A model generated the notes under the pieces. That model was not told the DNA's origin, did no database searches, and worked only from the letters and a program-made list of their open reading frames with translations. Shown here one piece after another: positions 18,240-27,528 of a DNA stretch of 39,868 nucleotides; position 1 is the first letter of the stretch; each line of letters starts with the position of its first letter. The stretch covers positions 1-39,868 of the forward strand of contig CAZSYD010000018.1 in assembly GCA_964611355.1 (NCBI GenBank), read 5' to 3'. The position numbers and the translations under genes were made by a program. This stretch comes from an uncultured Ignavibacteriales bacterium. Lineage in GTDB: Bacteria > Zixibacteria > MSB-5A5 > GN15 > JAAZOE01.

Positions 18240-18268
18240 TTGACACCTGCACAAATGTTCAGTATATT
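18240..18268 (+). promoter_or_regulatory. Sigma70 promoter with a LexA-like box in the spacer
   Basis: TTGACA-17 bp-TATATT; GCAC-AAAT-GTTC (18249-18260) is one mismatch from GAAC-N4-GTTC. Confidence 0.65.
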
Positions 18269-18305
18269 GGTTTTGAGTCGATAATAATACAAGTAAGGAG
18301 TCGCG

Positions 18306-18524
18306 ATGTATTCGGGCAGAAAGGTGCTATCGGATAAAAAACAAGAATGTGTGAACGTTGACCTGATCGGAAAACAATCTCTTGAATTGGAAACAGCCTA
18401 TGGCAAATCGTCGGTTACTACCCGAAAGATTTCCCGTTCCGTCTGTCCGGAATGCGGCGGCCCGATGGTCAGGACGGGAGGTTGTTTTTGCTGCATGGTT
18501 TGCGGTTGGGGAGCGTGCGGCTGA
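18306..18524 (+). CDS. Small Zn-ribbon protein resembling the C-terminus of class II ribonucleotide reductase
   Basis: TAAGGAG RBS; CPECGGPMVRTGGCFCCMVCGWGACG. Confidence 0.72.
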   Translation: MYSGRKVLSDKKQECVNVDLIGKQSLELETAYGKSSVTTRKISRSVCPECGGPMVRTGGCFCCMVCGWGACG

Positions 18525-18570
18525 TATATCGGCAATCATTTAATCGGAATTTTAGCAGGGGGAGGAAACG

Positions 18571-21240
18571 ATGCGAAAACGACTGATTAAATACAATATC
18601 CCGGAGCCGATTTTGGCCGGGTGGGAGGAACGGTTTAGCGGAAAGCTCCTGCCGCTGCAATACCGGGCCATTGAGGATTACGGACTTTTGAACGGGGAGT
18701 CACTTTTGATCTCGGCCCCCACTTCATCCGGCAAAACGTTCTGCGGCGAGTTGGCAATCGTTCGGGCGGTGCAAGAGCGCAAAAAGGCGATTTTTCTGAC
18801 CCCTCTCAAAGCGGTCACCGAAGAAAAATTCCGCCAGTTCTCCGACTGCTATGGCGAGATTGGTCTTCGTATCGTTATCGGTACTCGCGACCATCCGGAA
18901 TACGACGCCGATATCGAGAACGGCCGTTTTGATATCGCCGTCATGGTTTACGAGAAATTCAATTCTCTTCTGCTGATCAATTTCGACCTGATGGCGCAGG
19001 TGGGAACGCTGGTCCTTGATGAACTGCAGATGCTGGGAGACGATACCCGGGGACCCCGGCTGGAGCTGACGCTTACTAAACTTCTTTTTTCGGAATACAA
19101 TCCACAGCTTGTCGTTTTATCGGCTGTCCTGGGTGAAGCCGCCGGGTTGGCGGAATGGCTGGGCTGCCGTCTGCTTCTGGAGAAAAGCCGCCCGGTGGAA
19201 CTGCGCCGGGGCATAGCGTCTGAAGGCAGGTTTTGTTTTCGTTGCCATAATTCGGGTGAAATCGGCGAGGAACCTTTCAAAGAAGCGGAGGATAGTATCC
19301 TTTCGCTTTTCGAAAACATAAAGAAAGCTTTTGATTCGATCCGTACCGATAGTAAAGAATTCAAACTTGGCAAACAGGTATTGATTTTTCTCAAATCGCG
19401 ATATGAAACGGTAAGGGCGGCTCAGCGATTTGCCGAATACGCCGGATTGGAATCGATGCCGGAAAACAGGAAGTTTTTCGACGAGCGGCTGGCCGACGAG
19501 GAGGAATCATCCCTTCTGGAAAACCTGAAAAGCCTTCTGGCATGCGGGGTTGCTTTCCATAACGCCGACCTGACGGTCTCGCAGCGGATGGCGGTTGAGC
19601 AGGGGTATCGGGCCGGACTTGTACGGGTTATTTTCGCCACCACGACTTTATCAACCGGAATCAACCTTCCGGCCGCGACCGTTTTCATGGAGGCCCAGAA
19701 GTATTGCCGGCATGGATACGGCGGGCGGCCCGAATTGGAACCGCTGTCATGGTCCGAGTACGAAAACATGTCGGGACGCGCCGGGCGGGTAGGCTGGATG
19801 CGAACGGATGATGCCGACGAAACCGGCCGGGCCGTTCTTTTTGCCTCAAGCGAACTGGAAAAATCAATTCTTTGGGATTATTACATAGATAAACGGCCCG
19901 CTCCCCTGCAATCAAAACTCCATCTCCGCAATATGGCTGATATCGTCGTCGATCTGTTCAGTTCGGAACTGGTCAAGCGGCGCGAAGAGGTAGAACGCCT
20001 CCTTTCCCGCTCGTATCATGCTTTCTGTAACGGTTTTTCTTTCAATGTAAAGGATGAAATATATAGTAAGCTGCTTGAAAAGAATTTTCTCTGCCGCCAG
20101 GGGAACATACTTTCTGCGGCTCCACCGGGAAAGGCGGCGGCCGTCACCGGGCTCAGCGTTGAGGGGGCGGACTATCTGATTAAGGCTTATGATTCTCTCC
20201 TTCAGGCCGGATGTGATATGCAGATTATCCACAATATCCTTCACTCACCCGAAGGCCGGGAAATCTATCTGCCCCGCAGCCGGAGAAGGGAATCAATAAG
20301 CTTCGGAGATCATCTTTTCCCCCCATCGGCGGAGGATAATCCGCTTATTCGAGAGATAACCGCTCTACGGAGGGAGTTGACGCCGGACGAAATGAGCCGC
20401 CTGAGATTGACTTTTCTGCTGGCCGACTGGATGAGGGGAATGTCGACGCTTGATATTGAAAGCAATTACAATCTTCATCCGGGGATGATGGAAAACATCG
20501 CGCATCAAACGAGATGGCTGTTTTCTTCGGCGGCCCTTGTCATTCGGGCGTATGATCGCTTTTCCGATTTGCCGGCTCGTTTGGAACGGTTGGCTTTTTC
20601 GGCCGGAACCGGGCTGCCGGACAGCTTAAGGGAAATACATGACCGACTGCGCGACTATCTTTTCCGGAGTGAACTGATAAGCCTGTATAAAGAAGGCGTA
20701 AATACGCTAATGCAGCTTATAGACTCGGACCCGGCACTCTTGGGGGAAATCGTCTCTTCCAAAGAGCGCCTAAAAAAGCTTATGCAAAAACTTAAGATAA
20801 TAAAGGAGGGTAAAATGCACGCCGATACCAATCGACTATTAGGTCAGATTACTTTTCCGCAATCAATTGAGATTGACGGAACCCCGGTGCGCGAGCGGTT
20901 CCTGGTGCGCATCAACGGCCGGCCGATCGGCCTGACCGGCAAGTCGTTCAAATATCTTTTCAGCCTGGCCTGGTCACGCCTTACCAAGGATAACGGGTGG
21001 CTTTACAAAGAAGACCTCGAGCAAGGTTTTAATCAGGCCCGTTACCTGTACCGGCTTCGCAAGGAGGTCGGGCGGGATTTTATGCCGGACTGGCCTTTAT
21101 ACGAGAATAACCGGTCCGGTTATTACCGGCTGATCGCCGATAGGGAAAAGATCAAGGTAAATGTTGACGCCCTCAAAGAAAATCCCGATTATGAAATCAG
21201 GAAGATGGCGTCGGATCTGGTTCCGCTCCCGGCGAGCTAA
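18571..21240 (+). CDS. Ski2-like SF2 helicase (Hel308-like) with C-terminal winged-helix domain
   Basis: Motifs APTSSGKT, PLKAVTEEK, DELQ, LSA, AFHNADL, TTTLSTGINLPA and MSGRAGR; Hel308-like ratchet/HhH region; C-terminal OmpR-like wHTH (INGRPIGLT...LYRLRK...GYYRL). Confidence 0.88.
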   Translation: MRKRLIKYNIPEPILAGWEERFSGKLLPLQYRAIEDYGLLNGESLLISAPTSSGKTFCGELAIVRAVQERKKAIFLTPLKAVTEEKFRQFSDCYGEIGLRIVIGTRDHPEYDADIENGRFDIAVMVYEKFNSLLLINFDLMAQVGTLVLDELQMLGDDTRGPRLELTLTKLLFSEYNPQLVVLSAVLGEAAGLAEWLGCRLLLEKSRPVELRRGIASEGRFCFRCHNSGEIGEEPFKEAEDSILSLFENIKKAFDSIRTDSKEFKLGKQVLIFLKSRYETVRAAQRFAEYAGLESMPENRKFFDERLADEEESSLLENLKSLLACGVAFHNADLTVSQRMAVEQGYRAGLVRVIFATTTLSTGINLPAATVFMEAQKYCRHGYGGRPELEPLSWSEYENMSGRAGRVGWMRTDDADETGRAVLFASSELEKSILWDYYIDKRPAPLQSKLHLRNMADIVVDLFSSELVKRREEVERLLSRSYHAFCNGFSFNVKDEIYSKLLEKNFLCRQGNILSAAPPGKAAAVTGLSVEGADYLIKAYDSLLQAGCDMQIIHNILHSPEGREIYLPRSRRRESISFGDHLFPPSAEDNPLIREITALRRELTPDEMSRLRLTFLLADWMRGMSTLDIESNYNLHPGMMENIAHQTRWLFSSAALVIRAYDRFSDLPARLERLAFSAGTGLPDSLREIHDRLRDYLFRSELISLYKEGVNTLMQLIDSDPALLGEIVSSKERLKKLMQKLKIIKEGKMHADTNRLLGQITFPQSIEIDGTPVRERFLVRINGRPIGLTGKSFKYLFSLAWSRLTKDNGWLYKEDLEQGFNQARYLYRLRKEVGRDFMPDWPLYENNRSGYYRLIADREKIKVNVDALKENPDYEIRKMASDLVPLPAS

Positions 21241-21359
21241 CTCCGATCTTTGGATTCGGCGGGGCTGTCTGTACCTTTTGAAGGGAATCGATAAATCCTG
21301 GCGGTAATGGCGAACTTCCTTGAGACAAGAGGAGTATAAGCCGATAAGGAACTGTATAG

Positions 21360-23852
21360 ATGGCCATGATAATAAAGTCTCGCAAACAGTTACCATTGCT
21401 GACCTCCGATATGAAGGCGGTCCTGCCGGTACTGCCGATCAGGTCGGGCCTGATCTTTCCCGGCGAAATACATACTATTCAGGTCGGACGCAGGGAGAAC
21501 CTTGCTCTATTCGACAAAGTTACCGAGCAGGATAATCTACTGGTCCTTTCCTTTGCGCCCAAGCGGGCAAAACAGCGCGGTAAAGTCGGTCTTTCTCAGG
21601 TTGGCGTGCTGGCTCGAGTACAATCGGTCAAGCCGGCCATGTCGAACTCCCGGATGGTTAGCCTCGAAGGCTTACGTCGCGTTGCCCTGGTTGATATTAA
21701 AAAAAGAAAGCCCTTTATAGAAGCTTCGATCGCCGAAGTTGATGACAGCCCCGGCGCCAAATCCAGCCTACAAGAGCATGTTTCTAAAATAATGTACCTC
21801 GTTACCGACCTGATAAAGATTGACAATAGATATACTAACGAAATTGCCTATACCCTGGAAATGAATATATCCGTGCCGGGGCAGTTTGCAGATCGCGTGG
21901 CCTCGATGATCCACCTTCATCTCGCCGACAAACAGGAGGTTTTGGAGGCGGTGGTTGTTACCGAGCGGCTGGAAATTTTGATCAGGCTTTTGAACCGGGA
22001 AATTGAAAAGATATCTCTGGCGCTTCAGATCAAAAGCCGCACAAACGAGTCGCTGGAACGAAAGAGGAGAGAGGTTTTTCTCCGTCAGCAATTAATGGAG
22101 ATTCGACGGGAACTGGGCGAGGAATTTATTGAGGAAGATGTCGCAAGGATATATCACAATCGAATAAAAGACAAAGTCGATTTGCCCGGGGAAGTGGCCG
22201 AAAGGTTGTTCTTTGAGGCTGATCGGGTCAAGCATCTCTCTTCCTCGTCCAATGAATACGGCGCCACAAAAAACTATCTCGATCTCCTTTTGTCGCTTCC
22301 GTGGAGTGAACCGGCGGCGGATGGTTACGATCTGGTTGAGGTTGAAAAAACGATAGACGCGGAGTATTACGGGTCCTCAAAGATTAAGGAACAAATCCTG
22401 GAATACCTGGCGGTCAGGCAAATGAGCCCGGACCTTCAGGGTCTCTCTATCTTGTGTCTTACCGGCGCTGTTGGTACCGGCAAGGCTTCGCTCGTCAAGG
22501 CGATGGCTAAAGCAGTGGGCCGGCCGTTGGTAAGGATTAACGGTACCAGCCTTACCATGGTGGAGGATATCAAGGGCACCCAAAGGACTGCCATTGGAGC
22601 CGGGCCGGGTCAGTTGGTCAAAGCCGTAAAACGAGCCGGCTCCTTTGATCTGGTCGTTTTCATCGAGGACTTGGAATATGTTGTCGAATCGGACGATAAT
22701 AACGCCTTGCTGGCTCTCCTGGAGGCAATTGATCCCCGTCATAATAGTCTCTTTGTTGACAACTTTGTCGGGGTGCCGCTTGATTTCTCGCGCATATTGT
22801 TCGTCCTGGGTCTATCCTATTTTGATGATTTTCCGGAGCCGTTCCTCCACCGTTTGGAAATGGTTGAGATGCCCGGCTACATCGAGCGGGAAAAAATTAC
22901 TATCGCCAAAAAGCATATACTTCCCAAACTGTATAAGCGACATGGCTTGACCCGCACTGAGTTGAAATTCTCTGAAAAGGCAATGTCCCGGATTGTTCGT
23001 TACTATACAATGGAAGCTGGAATAATCGGATTTCAACAGCAACTGGAAAAGATTTTTCGCAAAATTACCCGCAAAAAAGCCTCAGGAGTAAAGTGCCGGT
23101 ATTCGGTTATCGAAACCAACACCGATGAGTTTCTGGGAACGGCGCAGTATATACCGGAAAAAGCTACAACCAAGCCGGAAATAGGCGTTGCTACCGGTTT
23201 GGCGTGGACGGGTGCCGGAGGCGACCTGATGCTTATCGAAGGCCTGAAGATGAAAGGCACCGGCCAGGTTATTTATACCGGTTCGCTTGGTGAAGTGATG
23301 AAAGAATCGGTTCAGGCGGCTCACAGCTTTGTCCGGGCAAGGGCCGAAACACTCGGGATCGACCATAACGATTTCGTCAATTTCGATATTCATATACATT
23401 TCCCTATGGGCGCTATACCAAAAGACGGCCCGTCGGCCGGAGTCACCGTCTCCCTGGTGGTTGCCTCGGTTATGGCGGAACGGCCGATTCGCAATGATAT
23501 CGCCATGACCGGCGAGGTAACCCTGCGGGGCAAGGTGCTATCAGTCGGCGGCATCAGGGAAAAGGTTTCGGCTGCTTTCCGCGCCGGAATCAAGAATATT
23601 ATTATCCCCAAGGAAAATGAGAAGGATATTAAGGATATGCCAAAAGAGATCGTCCGCAAAACCAACTTTATTCTTATCGAGTCGATTGATGAGTTGTTTG
23701 AAAAGGGCCTGCTTGGCTTTGCGCCGTCGACCTATACCCTTGAGAAGATCTTTGCCGCCGAGATTGAAAATGCAAAAAAGCGAAACAAAAACCGCGGTAA
23801 GCGCAAATCCGGCCGGAAAGTTGCCAAAAAAGGGAGAGTCAGATCCAAATAA
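21360..23852 (+). CDS. lon: LonA-family protease with degenerate AAA+ motifs
   Basis: LON N-domain (LPVLPIR...FPG); protease motifs [27 protein letters not shown] and GGIREK; Walker A reads GAVGTGKAS and Walker B reads FIEDLE. Confidence 0.88.
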   Translation: MAMIIKSRKQLPLLTSDMKAVLPVLPIRSGLIFPGEIHTIQVGRRENLALFDKVTEQDNLLVLSFAPKRAKQRGKVGLSQVGVLARVQSVKPAMSNSRMVSLEGLRRVALVDIKKRKPFIEASIAEVDDSPGAKSSLQEHVSKIMYLVTDLIKIDNRYTNEIAYTLEMNISVPGQFADRVASMIHLHLADKQEVLEAVVVTERLEILIRLLNREIEKISLALQIKSRTNESLERKRREVFLRQQLMEIRRELGEEFIEEDVARIYHNRIKDKVDLPGEVAERLFFEADRVKHLSSSSNEYGATKNYLDLLLSLPWSEPAADGYDLVEVEKTIDAEYYGSSKIKEQILEYLAVRQMSPDLQGLSILCLTGAVGTGKASLVKAMAKAVGRPLVRINGTSLTMVEDIKGTQRTAIGAGPGQLVKAVKRAGSFDLVVFIEDLEYVVESDDNNALLALLEAIDPRHNSLFVDNFVGVPLDFSRILFVLGLSYFDDFPEPFLHRLEMVEMPGYIEREKITIAKKHILPKLYKRHGLTRTELKFSEKAMSRIVRYYTMEAGIIGFQQQLEKIFRKITRKKASGVKCRYSVIETNTDEFLGTAQYIPEKATTKPEIGVATGLAWTGAGGDLMLIEGLKMKGTGQVIYTGSLGEVMKESVQAAHSFVRARAETLGIDHNDFVNFDIHIHFPMGAIPKDGPSAGVTVSLVVASVMAERPIRNDIAMTGEVTLRGKVLSVGGIREKVSAAFRAGIKNIIIPKENEKDIKDMPKEIVRKTNFILIESIDELFEKGLLGFAPSTYTLEKIFAAEIENAKKRNKNRGKRKSGRKVAKKGRVRSK

Positions 23853-23937
23853 TCCCGGTTCAGAAACCGATTGACAGGGAGATAGATTGACGTTGGAATA
23901 CCCTGCGTTAAATGCAGTCCGCATCCCGGAGAAAACC

Positions 23938-24474
23938 ATGCGCATCCTTATTGCCTTGCTTTGTCTTATCGGCGGAAGCTGTTTGGCTTCTGATATGACA
24001 GGTCAGGATCATAATCTTCCTGATTCAATACTTATAGAGAAGATTGAGGTTGAAAAAAGCGGCCGGATTGCTGTCAGGATAGAGTTCGTAAATAGCGAGG
24101 ATCTGGGTGCGGTAACGATTCCGCTTATTATAAGAGGCGAAGGGGCAAAATTCGATTCGGTATCATTTGTCGGGAGCCGACTGGAATACCTGGCCACCCG
24201 GCCGGTAACCATTACGGGGCAGGGCAGAATGGTCATCTTCGGGGCCATATGTATGACCGAAGATTATATCGCTCCCGGACGCGGACTATTGGCAACCTTA
24301 TATGTCGATATTCCCGATTCTCTTGAAAATAAACCGATTATAATCGACAGCGTAACCATTCATCCGGCCTCGCTCCTTTTTACCAGGTCGAATTCGGCTT
24401 CATATCCGCCCCGATTTGTACCCGGATCGGTAACTGTCGTCAAATCGACTGATAAACAAAAATCAGGAGATTGA
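23938..24474 (+). CDS. Secreted stand-alone cohesin-like beta-sandwich protein
   Basis: GGAG RBS before ATG 23938; signal peptide; pattern V-x-I-x-F-x-N...FDSVSFVGSR...IAPGRGLLATLY...FVPGSVTV. Confidence 0.6.
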   Translation: MRILIALLCLIGGSCLASDMTGQDHNLPDSILIEKIEVEKSGRIAVRIEFVNSEDLGAVTIPLIIRGEGAKFDSVSFVGSRLEYLATRPVTITGQGRMVIFGAICMTEDYIAPGRGLLATLYVDIPDSLENKPIIIDSVTIHPASLLFTRSNSASYPPRFVPGSVTVVKSTDKQKSGD

Positions 24475-24516
24475 TATGAATTTGCCGCCGCCAGTAGCTG
24501 TCGTGTGCAATTTCGC

Positions 24517-24545
24517 TTGACACTTCGCGTTCCATTTTATATTAT
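24517..24545 (+). promoter_or_regulatory. Sigma70 promoter giving a ~250-nt leader
   Basis: TTGACA-17 bp-TATTAT. Confidence 0.7.
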
Positions 24546-24800
24546 AACAGTGTGAAGTTTTGAGTGCGTGTTTTCTTACGCGTCGTTAGGTATTTCTACA
24601 TTTGAATCGTATAAAAACAGCGTATCGATAGGGCAGGAGGTTCCCATTGTTCAACAGGACGTTACCGGTACCGGTGTGGTCGCTGTTTTTGGTCGCCGCA
24701 ATTTATTCTTCGGCAATTTGGTTATATTTGCCGGTTCTCGGATTAAATTTGAAGAGATCGAAAAAACGAATTTCTTAAACCGGTAATGTGGAGGTGTGAA

Positions 24801-27227
24801 ATGAAGCTCACCATTGCATTAGCAGGCATTTTGCTTTTTACTTTTGGTGCAGCCATGGCCCTGGACGATAGGATGGATATTGGCGCGACAGTTGATGGTG
24901 TCCAGATCACGGAAAACGATACTGTCTGGGTGGATGAAGCCGCGACCTTTGATATCTATTTCGAAAACGCGGATACACTGGGCGGCTATTCAGCGGGATT
25001 TATTATCTGGTCCGATGACGGCGCCGACTGGCGGTGGGAAGAGTATTTTCTTGAAGCTGTGTACATCCCGGGAACCTGGCCTCCCGAATTTGATTCCGTT
25101 TATTCCGTCGTTACGGCCATTGAAGGTTCCCGTCAGTATCCCCCGTCGGCGGTTTGGGATCAAGGCGGTTTCCAGATCAGCCTGGCCGACACCAATGGCC
25201 CCCCGTATGATACCATTCTTTTCGGCGGAACCCGCAAAGACCACGGTCTCTATCCCGGCCCACTCGAATTGCAGATGCAAATGCATTTCGTGGCGACTGA
25301 ACCGACCACCGGCCTGATTTCGACCATATGTATCGATAGCGCCAAGGTCGGCGAGGCGGGAGATTTTATTTTCATCGATATCGCCGGACGGACCTCTCCG
25401 CCGACGGCTCTCTGGCCCGAAGGCGGCCGCTGCTATCCGGTCAAGAAAGAAGGTGCGGCAAGCCCACCGGTAATCATTCTTGATCCGCCCCAGATCGGCG
25501 TCACCGGTATAATAGGCACCTATACGCCGTCGGCGGAGATCAGCGTCACCAACGGCGGAATAGGAACTATGAACTGGTCGGTGACCAACAGCGAGGCGTG
25601 GCTGACTCCCGATCCGCCGGGCGGCGTGGATGACGGCATTATCGATCTGGTGTTCGATATAACCGGTTTGGACGAGGGAGTCTATTACGACACCGTGGTG
25701 GTTTCGTCGCCGGAGGCGATTAACAGCCCGCAGAAGGTGCCGGTTACGCTGACTATTATCGCGCTGCCGCCCGAAATTGAGTACGAACCTTCGGGATTCT
25801 CCGCTTCGGCCATACAGGGGGGAGCCAATCCTGATGATCGCTATCTGCATATCTGGTCCGACGTACCGGGAAGCGAACTTGAGTGGACCGTTTCGAATTC
25901 ATCGACATGGCTGACGTTGTGGCCCGCCACCGGGCTTTCTCATGATTCCACCAAACTGGAATTTGATATCAGCGGCCTGGGCTATGGCGTTTATTACGAT
26001 ACTATTGTTATAACCGATCCCGAAGCGACCAATAGTCCTCAGCACGTTCCCGTAACGCTGCAGATTGTCTCCGATCTGCCGGTGCTTGCTTTTGATCCCG
26101 ATACCCTCCACGTTGTTGTTCTCGTCGAAACCAGCGAACCGCCCGCTGTGGTTACGGTTTATAATTCCGGCGAAGGCGTGATGACTTTTGAAGCAAGTGA
26201 GGGCTGCAGTTGGATAACCGGTATTAATCCACAATCCGGTACGGCGCCGCAGGACGTATCTATTTCATTCAAGACGTACCCGCTTCACGTGGGCGATTAC
26301 TATTGCCCGGTAACGTTTACTTCTCCCGAAGCGGTCAATTCGCCGCAGGATTTGATCGTTCATCTGCACGTGACCGACGATCCGGCCGAAATATCGCTTG
26401 TCCCCAGTTCGGTCGAGATGACTTATTACGAATGCTGGCAGGGGCCTGATTACATACCTGCCGGCAAGATGTTCCAAATTTTCAATCAGGGCTCGGATCC
26501 GATGCATTGGTGGCTGACGCATACTTCGGACTGGCTGATTTTGAACCCGACATCCGGGTTTAACAACCAGATAGTATCCGTGTACGTACTTAACCTGGAT
26601 GAGATACCCGTTGGCACGTATGTCGATACGGTTGTGGTTTATTCCAACGAAGCGATCAACAGTCCCGAGTCGCTTCTGGTGACGCTGGATATAATCCCTG
26701 GAGATCAAGACCCTGAATTGGCCGTTACCGAAACCGGAATGGATATTCCCGCTCAGGAGGTATTCGGAGCCGGAGCAGCCCTGGTTCCGCTTACCGAGGT
26801 ATATAACCTGCACCCGGGTTGTATGGATTACCGGGTTGAAGAGGATATTCCCTGGCTTAAGATCATCGATACGCTGGGTTCGGCTCCGGAAAATCTTAAG
26901 GCGGTGGTGGAGATCGGCAGTTACACTTACGGAACTTATCCGGATTCGTTCTTTGTTCATTCGCCTACGGCGATAAATTCACCGATCAGGGTGGACGTGA
27001 ACCTGCTTGTCTGGCGATTGCACGGCGATGCTAACTGGACCAATAGCGTCAACATTGGCGATGTAGTTTACCTGACCAATTTTATTTATTATAACGGGCC
27101 CGGGCCGATACCGGAATATATTGTCGGCGACTGCAATGGTGACCAGGCTGTCAACGTTGGCGATATAGTGTACCTGCTCAACTACATCTTCTACAATGGG
27201 CCCGAACCGCTCGGCAATCCGAAATGA
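24801..27227 (+). CDS. Surface protein with N-terminal beta domain, about five BACON/Ig-like repeats and C-terminal dockerin
   Basis: GGAGGTG RBS; signal peptide; repeats W-x-V...WL...G-x-Y-x-DT...A-x-NSP-x-x-V-x-V-x-L; C-terminal GDANWTNSVNIGDVVYL...GDCNGDQAVNVGDIVYLLNYIF. Confidence 0.85.
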   Translation: MKLTIALAGILLFTFGAAMALDDRMDIGATVDGVQITENDTVWVDEAATFDIYFENADTLGGYSAGFIIWSDDGADWRWEEYFLEAVYIPGTWPPEFDSVYSVVTAIEGSRQYPPSAVWDQGGFQISLADTNGPPYDTILFGGTRKDHGLYPGPLELQMQMHFVATEPTTGLISTICIDSAKVGEAGDFIFIDIAGRTSPPTALWPEGGRCYPVKKEGAASPPVIILDPPQIGVTGIIGTYTPSAEISVTNGGIGTMNWSVTNSEAWLTPDPPGGVDDGIIDLVFDITGLDEGVYYDTVVVSSPEAINSPQKVPVTLTIIALPPEIEYEPSGFSASAIQGGANPDDRYLHIWSDVPGSELEWTVSNSSTWLTLWPATGLSHDSTKLEFDISGLGYGVYYDTIVITDPEATNSPQHVPVTLQIVSDLPVLAFDPDTLHVVVLVETSEPPAVVTVYNSGEGVMTFEASEGCSWITGINPQSGTAPQDVSISFKTYPLHVGDYYCPVTFTSPEAVNSPQDLIVHLHVTDDPAEISLVPSSVEMTYYECWQGPDYIPAGKMFQIFNQGSDPMHWWLTHTSDWLILNPTSGFNNQIVSVYVLNLDEIPVGTYVDTVVVYSNEAINSPESLLVTLDIIPGDQDPELAVTETGMDIPAQEVFGAGAALVPLTEVYNLHPGCMDYRVEEDIPWLKIIDTLGSAPENLKAVVEIGSYTYGTYPDSFFVHSPTAINSPIRVDVNLLVWRLHGDANWTNSVNIGDVVYLTNFIYYNGPGPIPEYIVGDCNGDQAVNVGDIVYLLNYIFYNGPEPLGNPK

Positions 27228-27248
27228 TGGATACCCAATAAAAACAAC

Positions 27249-27287
27249 AGGCCGCTCATCAGCTTGATTGAGCGGCCTTTTTATTTT
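27249..27287 (+). terminator. Intrinsic terminator
   Basis: aggccgctca...tgagcggcct followed by a T tract. Confidence 0.85.
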
Positions 27288-27434
27288 GGGATTCATGAAA
27301 GCAGGCAAAAGCCCGACGCTGCTTTGTTTGTCATAAGCTCGCGTTATCCCCGTCAATGACGCAAATTCTATTTTATCATCGCCCAAAGAGCCCCGACAGC
27401 AGGGGTTTTTTGCCGGGCAGGTCATTCCTTTTAG

Positions 27435-27464
27435 TTGACATTTGCGCGAAAGCGGCGATATATT
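27435..27464 (+). promoter_or_regulatory. Putative sigma70 promoter of miaB
   Basis: TTGACA-18 bp-TATATT. Confidence 0.55.
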
Positions 27465-27528
27465 CAGGCGTCAACGAGATTGTTACGAGCCGCGGTTACT
27501 GCAACTTTTGTTCGAGCAAATGGGCGTT

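Noticed and set aside
18571..23852. Assignment to a known defence system (Hachiman, BREX BrxL, DISARM)
   Set aside because: No HamA-like nuclease, methylase or PglZ partner nearby; the Lon has LonA architecture rather than BrxL
24568..24786. 72-aa ORF in the leader
   Set aside because: GTG start without an RBS and no motifs; better explained as UTR
24990..26960. Long minus-strand ORFs (286, 111 and 231 aa)
   Set aside because: Antisense shadows of the repetitive surface-protein gene
27290..27420. Hairpins before miaB as a c-di-GMP riboswitch
   Set aside because: Lacks the GGCAAAC/GAAA/GCAAAGC arrangement and lies upstream of the predicted promoter
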